A DNA stretch of 64,000 nucleotides from Lingula anatina (taxonomy: Eukaryota > Animalia > Brachiopoda), in NCBI GenBank assembly GCA_051362555.1, contig CM120648.1:14132587-14196586 (forward strand), written 5' to 3'. The position numbers and the translations under genes were made by a program. The notes under the pieces were generated by a model that did no database searches, was not told the origin of the DNA, and was given only the letters and a program-made list of their open reading frames with translations. Below, piece after piece: positions 12,760 to 26,515 of this stretch (positions are counted from its first letter, which is position 1; each line of letters opens with the position of its first letter).

Positions 12760-13725
12760 AATAAACAAATTAACATGACAATATAACAAGATATATTCTA
12801 AATCTCAGTTTTTGTAAACAAATTTTAGGTGTTCACCCAAAAACTTCAAACCACACAGTAAGAGGAGAGACTGGAAGGATTCCTGCTTACATAAAAATTA
12901 ACATACAATTAATAAAATTTTGACTCAAAATATTACGCACGGACGAAAACGTCCTACTCAAACAAGCATACCTAGATGAATTACATTGCTGCAATTTAGT
13001 CTCAACAAAAAGCCTGTCAAATCTGAATGATGATAACCTCTCATGGAGTGAAGGTATTATGAAACTCTTGTTTGAAAACGGATTTGGAGATGTATGGCTA
13101 AAACAGAATCCTGACATAAACTTCCTAAGTATGTGCAGAGAACGAATCATCAGTGGGTACATACAAAACTGGCACAGTGAGCTTGAGGACAAACCCAAAT
13201 CCAGAGTATATTGCCAATTCAAAAATACATTTAAAAAAGAAAAATATCTAGACCTTTTTTCGCACCAGTGGGCATAAACTCCACATTGAAACAGGCAGAT
13301 ACAATAACACTCCTCTGACCGAAAGAATATGCCATTACTGTTCTAAAGACAAAATTGAAGACGAAAAACACTTTCTCACAACATGCCCCCTATACAACGA
13401 CCTGCGACTAATATTATATAAAGTATTTACAAAACACTATACACATTTTAGCCTAAAAACAACTGATGAAAATTTTACTATAATTATGAAATGTCAAGAA
13501 GAACAAACCCTTATTGCACTAGCTCAGTTTCTCTCCTCCGCTTTTGCTAGGAGGGATCTACAAGACAGTGCTGCACTCATCGGCAATTGAATCATAGTAG
13601 TAATAGTAAATAGTCTTACTCATTGTGATTGTTTAATAGCATATTCACAAAAATTGTATTCATATTGTCATTTTCATCCACACAAGTGGATGCATATGTT
13701 ACAGTGAAATAAACTAAACTCTAAA
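12760..13725 (+). mobile_element. 5'-truncated LINE 3' end, RTE-X-like ORF2 C-terminus (degenerate)
   Basis: Frameshifted peptides FCKQILGVHPKTSNHTVRGETGRIP, HKLHIETGRY and ERICHYCSKDKIEDEKHFLTTCPLYNDLR (CCHC finger). AATAAA and a short tail lie at ~13708-13725. Confidence 0.85.
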
Positions 13726-14262
13726 GATAACAATACTAACAAAGGTTTTCTTTTACGTAGTTAAGCCCTTTCATATCATGCGTCATAGCTTAGCGGTACA
13801 GCTGTACCGATATGTTTTGAGTGACTGGCAGCTTAATAACCTGGCTGTAACAAAACAGAGCCACCTAAGTGAAGCCTCCCGCGTTCGAAGCGGCCAATTC
13901 ATCAACCTCCGCCTTGACACCAGGAAACGAGCTAGTGTCGAGCTTGTGGAAGGGGTTACAAGTAAGTCCCCTGTAGCGCAATTACACGACAAAGTCTGGT
14001 ATTGCTAATATAAAATCCTTTAAAAAAAACGAAAAAATACCACTGCTGGCTGCCCTACATGTATGTACTTTTCTTTATACTTAAAATATAAGAAATGTAA
14101 CAATTGCGCTATGTCATACACACGTACAATACAATGGGCCCTGATCAGCGCGATGGCGGTCAAGTGGAATACGTGCTCTAAAGATGCTTCCGTTGAGCTA
14201 CAGAGACATCATACAATTATTACTGTTATTATATCAGCTTTCAGGACTTGTAATCTTGTCTC

Positions 14263-14304
<42 letters not shown>

Positions 14305-15953
14305 TCTCAGTAATAAATCATCATCATATTAATGACTTGCATCTATTTTGAGACACCCCGTAAATGGACGTCAACGTTAACCAGCGTATAACCACACGTT
14401 TGTTATTGGTTATGAATCCCATCATTTACCTTCAACGTTAGCTTTCAGTTAAAAAGGTGTCAACTGATGAATACAGGAACGCTGGCATGAACCAATTTGT
14501 TCTCAGCCACCTGGCCATTACCAGCTACATACGTGTCCAATGCCTTAACCCTATCACACAAACTGAGAAATGTGGCATTGATTTAATAATAGCATTCTTT
14601 AAAGCTGTATCACAAAAATGCATCATGATCATATTAAATGTGCACTCGTCATTCTTGCAACGGTTTATTAATTTATTTCTCAAATACCCACATTACTTGT
14701 AGTAATTAGCACTATTCCCCCAGCCACAGTCTGGTGCTGAGCTTTCCAGCCCTGTTACCAACCACATGCACAGACCTACAGGTTGGCCTGCAAAACCTTC
14801 TTTACATCACGTTGGCTACAATTTGTTTTACAGTATTTCTAATCTCATGAAATTAACTAATATTAACTAATTTCAATACTGAAAACATAACTGCGGAGAT
14901 CCGTTATTTCATATACAGCGAAAAGAGCATTTGAAAAAGGTACACATTTTATGGTCAAAAGACTTTGTGGAATAATCGCCCGTAGAACCAAGGTCAGGCA
15001 AAAGAAACAAAGAGAACGTGCTACACTGTTTAGATATCATATAATTTCGAAGATTTCTGTATATAAAATTCAACCTAAGCATGCAACCTACAGTGCCAGT
15101 AACTCTAATGACTGCGGACTCACGCCCTTAGTTTTGGAGGTTCCTGTGAACCCACCTCTTTTAACATATTATTAACTTTTCACTGTCATAATAACGGCAA
15201 AAACATACTGATAGCGGAGAAAAGTCCCAAGTTATCAGTACACCTTTGAAGAGGAATGATACTCTTGTAATTTGTAATGGAAAATCTAAGAACAGAACTC
15301 TAGTGAAATGAATGCACAAATAAATAAGATCAATTTAATGTCGACTTGTATATACGTCCATGTACAGCCGACTTAGGGAAAAGTAAACAGAACATGCCTC
15401 AGTAATTCGCACTCTATCCGCTTTATTATTTATTTCTGCCTTCATGCTAGTTATGTATCCAGTTCAGTACCTATGTACAAACCTGTATCTTGCTGCCTTC
15501 ATTCCTTTTGGTCAAAATTATGAGACTTTCCGGTCAATCAATCTCTCCTGTAATCTCAACTTAGGACTTGGAATCTGATACCTAATGCCTAATTAGATCT
15601 TGTAGACAAACTTATGCCATCACTCACGAAAACTGACTTTCGAGTTGTAGCAAGGACAGTGGCAAGTAACCTCCAATGCCGCATTAGCAGGAGCTTTAGG
15701 CTATGTACATCTCAATGCAGATGCATGCAACTAACCCGGGTCACAGTCTTACTAGTTTGTCGAACCTTGTTTGGATGTCAAATTATCAGTTTGTTTGTCT
15801 TTCACTACCTATTGACATAAAAAATAAGAAATGTCCTTAGAAAAAATCAAACTTCACTCTTACATAACTTCTAAAACTGTTATTTCTACAACTATTATAA
15901 CTATCAGAAATGTATATGCTGTGTCTTCAGATATTTATATGCCGCACCCATTG

Positions 15954-15954
<1 letters not shown>

Positions 15955-16012
<58 letters not shown>
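15955..16012. repeat. (TA)n microsatellite
   Basis: Direct reading. Confidence 0.97.
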
Positions 16013-16013
<1 letters not shown>

Positions 16014-16567
16014 CCTTCGGAAATCTGTATACTGTACCTGTTATTACATTTGAGAATTCTACATGCTGTACCCAAAGTTAACTTTATAAATGCATGTGCA
16101 TGGTAGCCCTACTTTGAATTGATGTATATGGTCAAGAGCGTTTTTTTTTTATTTTCTTTTTAAGAATAGTGCACTTGGAATGTACCCATTCCGTGATGGT
16201 GATTAGGTAGAGGACCTGGAACATGAATTCTTGAAGTCAAGTTTATATGAGGTAAAGCGTATATGAGGTGTTTAGGCAGGTAGAAGGTATCATGTGGGTG
16301 AAAGAATCCCACAATGGCATGATATTCAAGATATGATCAACATTCAACTTTTTATATTTCTCATGTCAAATGTCAAAACTTGTGTAGGTGTAGCCAAAGC
16401 CTGCAACGGGAGGGAATTTATTTAATAGATACACTGTTTTACATACAGACATGACCAAAAATAAACAAATATGTTAAACCCATGATGCCATATTTCTATA
16501 GTAATTATATGTGACTCATACTGGTAGGCACGCTCATTCGGGATCAGGGCGTATTGTACTTTGTTAA

Positions 16568-16602
<35 letters not shown>

Positions 16603-16606
16603 CACA
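16568..16606. repeat. (CA)n microsatellite
   Basis: Direct reading. Confidence 0.95.
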
Positions 16607-19600
16607 AATATAAACACAAAAATATATCTATTGTAGGCCTATATATTCAGTATTCAGTATTCAGGACCTTCAGACTTTCATACATGATTTCAAAATCTAT
16701 CGAAAACGGGCGTCATTTTTCGAACTACAAAATACTAATTCGAATGCGCCGTGTTAATTGCTAATATATTTCATTCAAACACTATAATTAGCAAAAGTGC
16801 ACAGTATTTCGTGCAAAAAATAGTGGCTGGCTCGTTCTCATATGAACAACAGGTTATAAAATGTGCAAATGTATGTAACATTCTGATCGTTCTCTCTCGA
16901 TGTGGTAATATGCAGAGCGAATCTCTACCGACAAGCATCATCTGATAAAACTTTGAACAACAATTACTTCAGATTTGCTTTTCGCCTTATTTCAACACGC
17001 AAAACTGCTTAGTTATGAGCTCATTTGATACATGTGAGAATAACTGTAGCTGCGTCTTTAGAGACAGTCAAGTAAATATACACTATTGTTCAATATTGCT
17101 GATTACAAATAATTTTTTTCTAAAATCATGTACATGGGTACAATGCATAGCGAGGGTGGGCGCAAACAAAGCACAGAGAATAGCATGGCATTCAGTCTAC
17201 ATAGATCTTGTATCTATGTTCTGATACGTACTTCATACTTCAGTTCTTTTGGATTTTCTCTATTCTTGTGATGATTCTCGGATTATTTGTTATTATTTTC
17301 TAAATACATAATCCCCAATAGTCCCGTTACAATGAAAGCCATTCTGAATACCTGAATATTGTCGTGTGAATAACGAGGCCATATATGTGCTCTCAGAATA
17401 TTAAAGCATTATGAACACTTCACAGAAATGTTAAAAAATCATGCAAAGATATGCTTAATACTATCAAATCTATTAAAAGTCATTTCGGTCAATGCTGTTT
17501 TGTCAACTGTCGGGTGGCCTGTCCGACCTTCAGCCCACCAAATACCTCGACGCTCTTTGTCAGGAACCACAGTATAGAAAAAAGTGTAATTAGTACTTTT
17601 AAAACTTTATACATAATGTTGTATTAACTCAATCAGAGGAAGCCATTGTTTGATAAAATTCATACATGGGAAGCCATGTCGTATAAGTAGCTTCAGATAA
17701 TACTTCACACCTTGCAGTTCAAATTTTAATGTCCTTTGTTTCAAAGCCAGTAATCTGTTAGAGTTTGATTACAGGGAGTTATTAACGGTGACCACCAGGA
17801 GGAGTGGACTTGTGTATGAAGTAACCAATCAGTTTTTAAGTTATGTGATGTACAGTTTAACTGATAAAGTTTAGCATAAAAATCTGTGAACTTAAATCTA
17901 TGGGGGAGAGCAATATGTAGAGACAGGAGGAGAGAGAAGTCATACTTGTATCATGTAACTTTTAGTGTAGCAAAATATATTCTGTTGGAGTTACAACATG
18001 GAGTCGTTTCATTCTTTTCCGTGTGCAGAATTTAATACAAGGAACCTGGGAATCTCTGTAGCAGTATTACAGATAGCGTTATCCAAAGATGTGAGCCCAT
18101 TGTGCCCAAACTCCTAGGGTTATCTTATAAAGGGTAATTTTATGTAATGTGGGTACCCGGGATGGCCTAAAGGGGTTCCCCACACCTTGTCAACCCTGTT
18201 TTCACTACAAAAAACATGTGCTGCTTTGGACAGAATGTCACTGAAATTTTCCAGGTGATAATCGCTGGCCGCCGCCAGCCTTTCGTATAATTATAGAAAG
18301 GTGATATCTCCATGCCCAATATCAATGGCATACCAATACAAAACGACGGCCTCCGTCCTCTTTATGACTTTAATTGTCGTGTAATTTGACTAATCCTAGA
18401 GATGAATTTGACGGCAAAGCTGCCATTTTCCACGTGGTGATAATACGCATGCACAGAAAGCTCATTTTTCGGCAAAATTCAATAAGGACGTTTGCGACAA
18501 CCGACTTCGTTGGGGGTGAGTTTTTTTTTTTTTTTTTTTTTTTTTCGGAGAACGGACGAAAATCGGTGCGCGCGCAGGATGTCATCCATAAAAATAAAAA
18601 AGTGTGGCCTTACTGCGGTTTCCACGTTGCTGCCCAAAAAGAACTGTGTGGAAAACGTACTCATAGGGGCCATTCAGAATAGAAGATCCGTGTATCAACT
18701 GGTTCAAGGCTCAGATATGGCGGACCCTACATGAAAAGAAGACCGCTTAATCAGTTTAAACACGGACTTTCTTGCAATTTGAAACGCCACATCCATTCCT
18801 ACTACTTTGGTTTCTTAATCAGTCATGGAAACAGAATATAAGTGTACTTCGCATGATCTGCGTCTTTTCTAACCTGACAAGCTTCTTATCAAACATTCAC
18901 AGTGAGCACTGTACTGCTGAACTGTTCACCGAAAATATGGCATTAATCAACGGTTCTAGTGCCGTACATGATTGCCATGATATATTATGGTTCCCTTAAG
19001 TCACCTCCCTTAAGTCATTATCAATACACCTGTTAATGTCTAGAAGGGAGCAATAACAGGATTTCAGGCTGTCTGCTAATCGACCATTTCTTCTCACAAA
19101 GAGGGGTTCTACCCTAGAGGTGGTCTTATTGCGGTTTCCACGTTGCTGCCCAAAATATTAGCTGGCATGGGCCTTTATCTTTACAAATTTCTGTAGGCAA
19201 ACTTATGTTACTTTCCGAGGTGTGTTATCAAGATTTGTTAAAATAAGTACATGTATATCTTAAAATTTTTATGCTGATTTTGCAACGCTGAAATTCAGTT
19301 TTCGAGGATCCTTTTCTAAAACAGAGGTCTAGACCGACGGGCTTGTAGAACATTTTTTTCACTATGATGCAGTTACCATCATTTTGCATCAGTCGTGATC
19401 TGTCATCAATCCGTATGCTAATCTGTTCAATTGAAAAGAATCAATTAATAACATCAGCACACTTGATGAGTTGTGCGGTCGTAAATTAAAGTGGAAGTAT
19501 ATGAATACACCCATGTAAGTCGTAACAGTGTATCAAGACAATACGTATCGAATAAGCTCGATAAAGAAGTATACTGAGTAAATATAACGGTGCAAAGACA

Positions 19601-19869
19601 TATAACTACTACAAGTCCTTTCAGTGCATGGACAGGAAATTAGATTTCTGCATTTTCTGTTATTTCGTTGTGATGTACTTTATTGCGGCGGTGTAATAAA
19701 CCGGAGAAAATGGGGGAATTTAATCATTACCATTGCCAGGGTTTATCTTTGCCTTAATTTATGTCACAACGGCGTGGAATTAAACTGAGCTGAACACTTG
19801 GGCCTAGTTGTCTGTATGCTTGCTGGGGCCTTCGTATTCTGATGTATGTGTGCATGTGTGCGTCCGTCC

Positions 19870-19909
<40 letters not shown>

Positions 19910-21227
19910 AGGAGAGGATTCAATAATTTGACTATAATTCACTACTAATGAGAAGTAGGGTTAATCTAGGGAAGCAGATGGAGAGGCAGACAGAAACAAA
20001 AATAGATTGATGACATCATAACTGTGATACCGGCTACATGTATCATGGCACAAGAGTAAAGGATGAAGCAAAGATTCCGATCACTCTTGTGTCGCTACAA
20101 ATATCGACAAAATAGTAAGAAGTCTTCTATCTCGCTCGTCTCATATTTAACTTACATGAAACATTACATATCCAAGTATCCAACTTCCTAAAACTGACCC
20201 GACTTCAGGTACTTGACCTCTCATACTCGTATGTAATGTGGATCTGGTGGTCTGTTAGCACCATTGAGCCTGTTACAGAACCTGAGACGAAATAAACACG
20301 TTCGAATACTTATAAATATAACTAAATGCTCAGTTCGCCCGATATTTGATACATGTAAATTCAGCACTACTGATCTCTTAAGAAGAGAACGCTCAACGGA
20401 AGAGAGACTACCTGCTGTGCAGAAATTCCTTCAACCTCCCTCTCTGTGAGGGGCCAGCATATATTCCTTGATTGGTCATATATGACATACAAACATATAT
20501 GTAACATTATTTTATATGTAGAGGCATATATAAATAAGTATATGGAGCCTACATTCTAGCGGAAGGCCCACGGCCACACATTGATAGTAATTGATGATGA
20601 TGACGTGAAAACCACTTCCTATTACAGACACCAAGGTTGTGATAGTGATTTTTTCACTTGAGAGCGTGTTGACATAACAATGAATTTCAATATCTGACAG
20701 GAAAATACTGATATTTATATTCTTGATATAATTGATAAAGAAAGTGTGCATTTGACTCAAGAGTTAGAGACGTGCGTTTGGGTCGTGGGAATTTGTGCAT
20801 AGAAACGACGTAATCACTCAGCTGATATCTGGTAGAAACTCAACTAAGGACAAATAGAAAAATAAAAGACACGAAAAGGCATCATTAGCGTCTTAAGTCT
20901 CCCAAGAATTGTAAAACATACCGGCATGTGTGTAATAAATAATCGATGAAAACCCTTCGTATTTATAACAGTGTTGAACAAAGTTAGATAAGATCCAACA
21001 TACCCCTGTTCAGAACGATTGCAAATAAAAAATCGATACGTGTAAGACTTAAATAACATGTAGTATAAAGCATGACCTTCGTCGAAACCTTACAATTTCA
21101 CAAAAGCGTGCCATGACAAAATTTCTTTTTCCATTTGTTTATCTTGATACGTTAATACCTATCGGATACAGACGCAGTATATTTCTTCTGACAGCCAAGT
21201 TGGTCACTGATTCGTACAAAATTACAA

Positions 21228-21388
21228 TGCACTAAGAGAGCGCAGATCTTAGACAATAATCAACTAATAATTAACCATTAATTCATTGATCATATATTGA
21301 TTGAATATATATATATGTTTGTATAATGTTGCTTTCTCGCTAACTACCAAACAAACGGAGCTAAAAAAACTGCCACCTTGGCGGTGTT
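21228..21388 (-). mobile_element. Degenerate HINE/DINE-1-like remnant
   Basis: gcactaagagagcgcaga and caaacaaacgg...ccaccttggcggtg resemble the two ends of the intact copy at 40649-41030. Confidence 0.5.
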
Positions 21389-23047
21389 AGTGTAATTGTC
21401 AATATTAATCAAATCTGCATCCAGCGTCACTCTCACAGTCACTTTAATTTATTATTCGGCAACCTCACCTGACATAAATCTCTCCCCTTTTCCTAGGAGT
21501 TCAACACAAATTAAATTTATTTTTCGCTTTTTTTGCTCAGATGATTGAAAACAGATTCCTTTCTTTTCTGGTCTGATGGTCACTGTCTACTGGCAGAAGG
21601 AGATATCATTAGGAGTTATCGTCACGACAGCAATGAATGGTGTTCCCTAGCTGTTAGACTATAGACATTCCAAATACTGGACATTTGCTTATTCGACTTT
21701 CATCTACCCGACATCTACTTATTAAAGAACGATATGGAATATTCCTTGGGCCTGCTTCACTTCAGATTTTTATTTATTCAGTTTACTCTATTGTACATGT
21801 CATTCTGCTTTTATAAACGATAAGTACTGGCCTCGGGTGGAATTGGAGATAACGCTATGTCAACAACCACCATGTCATTAAGCATAACGTTTGTCTGATT
21901 AATTCAACACGTTATATTGACAGTTCTCTTAACAGTCTTTTCAGCTGGTAGCGTCTGTCAAGAGTGGCTGAATATTGTGCGTCTGTGCACTGAAGTCAGC
22001 CCATTGTACTCAGCTTAAGGACCTGCTTGCAAAACGGCTGATTTGACTGAATTTTCTCTTGATTTTTAACGTTATTTCAGCTTGGTTTGTGATCTCTAGA
22101 CTCTCGACAAGTATTTTTACGTTCACGCTATGGAATAGCGGTTCAAGTCATTATATATCAATTAGCCCGGCCGGCTAGAAACCACAAACGAGATTTTTAA
22201 GTTTATAAGGCCTGTACTGTACAAAATGTCGAATGTAGAGAGGGTAACATTTTCCACGGTTAGTGAAACACTGATATCCTCTGGAGGGGTTATTGTCTTC
22301 CAGTGGCCCGACTGGGTTTTTAAAATATTGGTCGAAGATGGTAGCAAATGATGCCAGTCATTCTAACCACTGGATAACGTAATTATATCTAGCACTGCTG
22401 AAACTGCGCCCTGTCCATTAGCACATGCGGTTATTCATACTGGAAATGAACGTGACGTCACTGCAACCGAGATAGAGATTAAGCCTCCTCTAGCGGGTCT
22501 TGGATATTGTAATGACGCCAGCCTATAGTGTGTTCTGCACAGCCTGGCACTATTATTATCGCTGATTTTTACCATAATAATATGAAGTCTATCTTATCCT
22601 TCTCTAAAATCCACCACAATGAATCAAAAATTTGCTTAAGTTAATCCCTTACTTTATCTTTAATTAACATATTCAAATGTCAAATCCTACTGAGCTGAAT
22701 ATTATCGTTATCGAACTTTCGCTCCATTACGCCCATAACCCAGTCTCAACTGCATCCCGCAAAGTTGCGTTATATCCCTTCGTAATAACAATTTCGTGTG
22801 GTACCCGTAATATTTTTTTAACGACCTCAACATATGGCCTATCCTTTCAAAAATGAGTTGTCTAATCTTTTTCAACACTGTCATCTTATTTACTATGCAT
22901 ATAGTAAATCGTTATACGAAAACTTGTTTTTTGTTTATCTAGCCATATTTTACTTCTCCGCAATTCCAGTATATAAATGTCTGCTCACTCTCGGTATAAT
23001 TCACGTTGTACTGTGCTCATGTTTTCATGGCAACACTTTATGAATTA

Positions 23048-23500
23048 TAAACACCGGACCCCCACAGGGATGTGTTATCTCCTTGCCTTTTCTTCTTTTT
23101 ACCCTTGACTGTGTAACAAATGCCCAAGATACCCTGTTGATGAAGTCTGCGGACGATACCAAGCTAGTTGGTCTTATAAGCGAGAATGATGAGGGTAGCT
23201 ATGACTCAGTAATGGAGTGGTGTGATGCAAACGACTTGGTTTCACGAAACAATACAGTTAGATGTGGAGAAAGAACGAAAGTATCAATTTAACAATGTTC
23301 ATTAAAAATACCGAGATACAAAAGGTTGGATGAGTTAAAGATTTTAGGGGTCTACATGATCACAGAATTAAAGTGACACATAAATTCTGAAAAGATAGCT
23401 TAAGTGGCAAGGAAGAGGATTTAGAAAGTTAAAGGATTAATGAATGACCATCTATTGACAGCATCTATGTTGAGAGAATGAAGAAGAGATGTGCACACAT
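23048..23500 (+). mobile_element. LINE reverse transcriptase fragment, Rex1/Babar-like (degenerate)
   Basis: NTGPPQGCVIS, LFTLDC, KSADDTKLVGLISENDE (decayed YADD) and KILGV, with frameshifts and stops. Confidence 0.8.
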
Positions 23501-24957
23501 GATGAGTGACTTTATCGTTACCTTGTTTACATTTTTACCAAGTCACAACAGTCTTTTAAACTTTTAATGGCAGTAAGAGATTTTTATAAGTGATTTTTAA
23601 TGTTGTATTGTTCTAAATTGACAAACTTTTTAAGTTCAAAAATGGAAACAATTGCTGTGTTCGCAAAGATGTGCACAAGGGAGTTCATTATACACCCTGT
23701 AGCATTAGTAATATTTTTGTAAAATTTATTTTTTGTACTGCAATTCACTAATGAACTAAGAAAATGTTATGTGATATACTACAGTGCACATTGCTGACTG
23801 TATAGTGTACACAATGTTTGACTTGTATCTCAATAACTTCGACAGCTTCAATGAATATTAAGTAATGAGACAAAACATTAAGTTAATGCGTGGACAGATT
23901 ATACAACTGCTTATGGCGCCGTAGTGTGTTTCTTTGTATTTGACTGTACTTTGTAAATACTAATTTAAAATTATTATAATATACCGGTAGCAATTAAAGG
24001 CCGGATGTTATAAATAGGCTTGTCTGAACATGACACAACCCTATAAGGCAACAGAACTTTGTGCTGGATTAATATTGAAAGTAATGATGGTCATTTGGTC
24101 ACTGACTTCAGTTCAAAACTAGTATCGGTTTTTATGGTTTGATTTGCACACCTGAATTGACGTTAACTTTGTGGTCATAAAATGCACACCAAATATTGGC
24201 ATTTTAAACAAAGCTGATGCCACATGTTCAATTACTGTTACAAGTTACACAATGTCTGATGATCGGTTTTGAATGCAAAAATCGTCCCTATTCAGTTGTG
24301 TTTATCTTTATTTAATTTCCACTTGGATGACTTGTGGTAAATTTTTCACTAAAATCGAATTATGATATTCAATAATGTATCGCATGGCGGAAACCCACAG
24401 TCTTCACGGCGGACATTCAAACTTGAAAATTATACAACAGTACTTTACGAATAATGCAACTTTGTATTGTAAAAGAAAGAAATTGGTCCTTCCCTGATAC
24501 AATCTAGGGTACAAGTAATATTTTTATCACCATATGTTCTAAAAGATGTTTGAGTTATATATTTATATGCGGAACATATCACCTCAGCGAACCTCAGTAT
24601 CTGGGTTGCAATGCTCACTTTTATGAACACCAGACGGCACCTGATAACCAATAAAAGACAGTTGCCCTTGTTTAATGATCATTGTGTCCCAGCCAAGGAC
24701 TTAATATTAACTCAATTGGAAGAAAACGCATATTTAACAACAAATACCAGTCATAAAAATAATGACCACTGCTATATATATTTGGTCGGGAATGGTCACA
24801 CAACAATCACCCATGTCGTTCTTAATGTTTCCTTAACCTTAGCAAGATAAATATTCTATTAACTCTTTAGTGATTAAAATCGCTATGCCCAGTTAAATGC
24901 AGGTATTATGGAATCAATTCACAATCCTATGTTTGCAGTCCCCAGTCATCAACTTAC

Positions 24958-26515
24958 CTGAATAGGAAGACCAATGTGAACTCGCCAGGCTGACCACACC
25001 AAGAACAATGGCGATGATACCACAAAATATCCCAGTGTAACGGCTAATGACGAAACACCGCTGCTCCCAAAACGAAAGTAAACGATTCCAATCGAACATA
25101 GACATTTTCACCTCCGTCCAGTCATGCTTTTGCCGAATTCTGGAAACTGTGGCCGCACCTCCGCCGCGCCCCGCTCGTGGAGTACCCAGTCGCCCGTGAG
25201 CTGCCTCCATCTGTAAATCAGCGTCGTCAGACATGTATTTTTCCTCTAACTCGGGACTTATGTTAATGAATTTAATGCTTTCCTTACGGGCTTTACGCAC
25301 CGGGGTAGGAGTGCGGCTACGTTCTTCCTGGGCAAGACGTTCCTCTATGAGCTGTTGACGCCTTTTAAAAGACGCTCGTCTCGCCTCGGACCAAGCCATC
25401 CACGCGGATTTGGTATTTATTTTACTCCGTACGGAACTTCGCCTTGAAGATGTGCTCGACCGCGGCGCGCCCTGTTGAGCTAAAAACACGTCATATTCTT
25501 CATCATCGAGCATGGTGTCGTCGTCCCGTGGGCTACTGTTGCTGTTTTTATTTATGTAATTCATAGTGGAAGGAAATTTATTTCCTTCCCCTTCCTGGTT
25601 GGTTCCTTTAAATATGTTTCCGTTGTATTGAGATTCGTTTAACTGTCCCCCTGCGTCCAAATCTCTCATCTCGATGAACTCGGCTGCTACTCGCGTTGTT
25701 TTTTTCTTCGCTGCCTCTCGCTTACTGTGTTCGAGATCCACGGCCTTGTCCACAGGGCGGTAACATGGAGCAGGGAACCCGAGTTGGCTTGCTGCGCTGG
25801 GTGCTAGACTAAGGTCTTCCAAAGATCCAGCGGAGGGGCCTTCAAGGACATCGCCGAAACTCCCAAATCCGCTCGTCTCGGCAGAGCTCTGAGCATGAGT
25901 TGCATGTAAGCTACTCGACTTTCCCGCATCTGTGTCACGCAACATTAAGCATTCGAGGCCTCTTTGTCCGGGGTTACGTTGGCGTTCTTGCTGCGGCTGG
26001 GTTTCCCCTGTGGCATACGATGTTCTGGGGGCTTCTAGTGCCCGTCGTTTATTTCTAATTTTGCTTATATCCTCTTTTTTATGCTTATGACGCCGTAGTA
26101 TGGACTGTGGTAATGAAGACCGAGTTGCAGAGCTGTTCTCCGACGCACTACGATGTATGAGCGCACTGCTGTTAATGTTGCTGGTACCGGCAAAAGACTG
26201 ATCTGTTATATACGGGATCCCCGTCCAACTCCGCTTCCGAGGCGAATCTGTCGTTATCTGGAACTGTACAGCGGGACGTCTATCTAGGCCATCGATCGCT
26301 TTCAGCAATGAAACGGGAGAGAAGAGCTCTGCTCTGGTTGTGTCGGTGGAGATGATGAGGTGCTCGCCTCCATCGCGAGCGGCTGTGTCGCGTATACCAG
26401 TGGGAGACTGCCGCCTTGTTTGTTCAGCCGCTACAGTGACAACGGTTCTAACGTGGCTTCTGGCCGCTAATACTTCACCACTGCCCCTTCGCTGCCGTTC
26501 TCTAATATGATCCAT
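24958..26515 (-). CDS. Large coding exon of a membrane protein: long S/R/E-rich N-terminus plus first TM helix, PMP22/claudin-like by inference
   Basis: 1.6-kb stop-free ORF, GC-richer than its flanks. ATG at 26515 in good context (acaATGG). Canonical donor CAG|GTAAGT at 24958/24957 (phase 1), directly after GIFCGIIAIVLGVVSLASSHWSSYS. Downstream exons were not identified. Confidence 0.85.

Noticed and set aside
14340-14362. Tc1/mariner-like end (ttttgagacaccccgta)
   Set aside because: No partner TIR or transposase nearby
14690-14790. Candidate second claudin exon (GLCMWLVTG...)
   Set aside because: It lacks the GLW..C motif, and the splice signals alone are not discriminating
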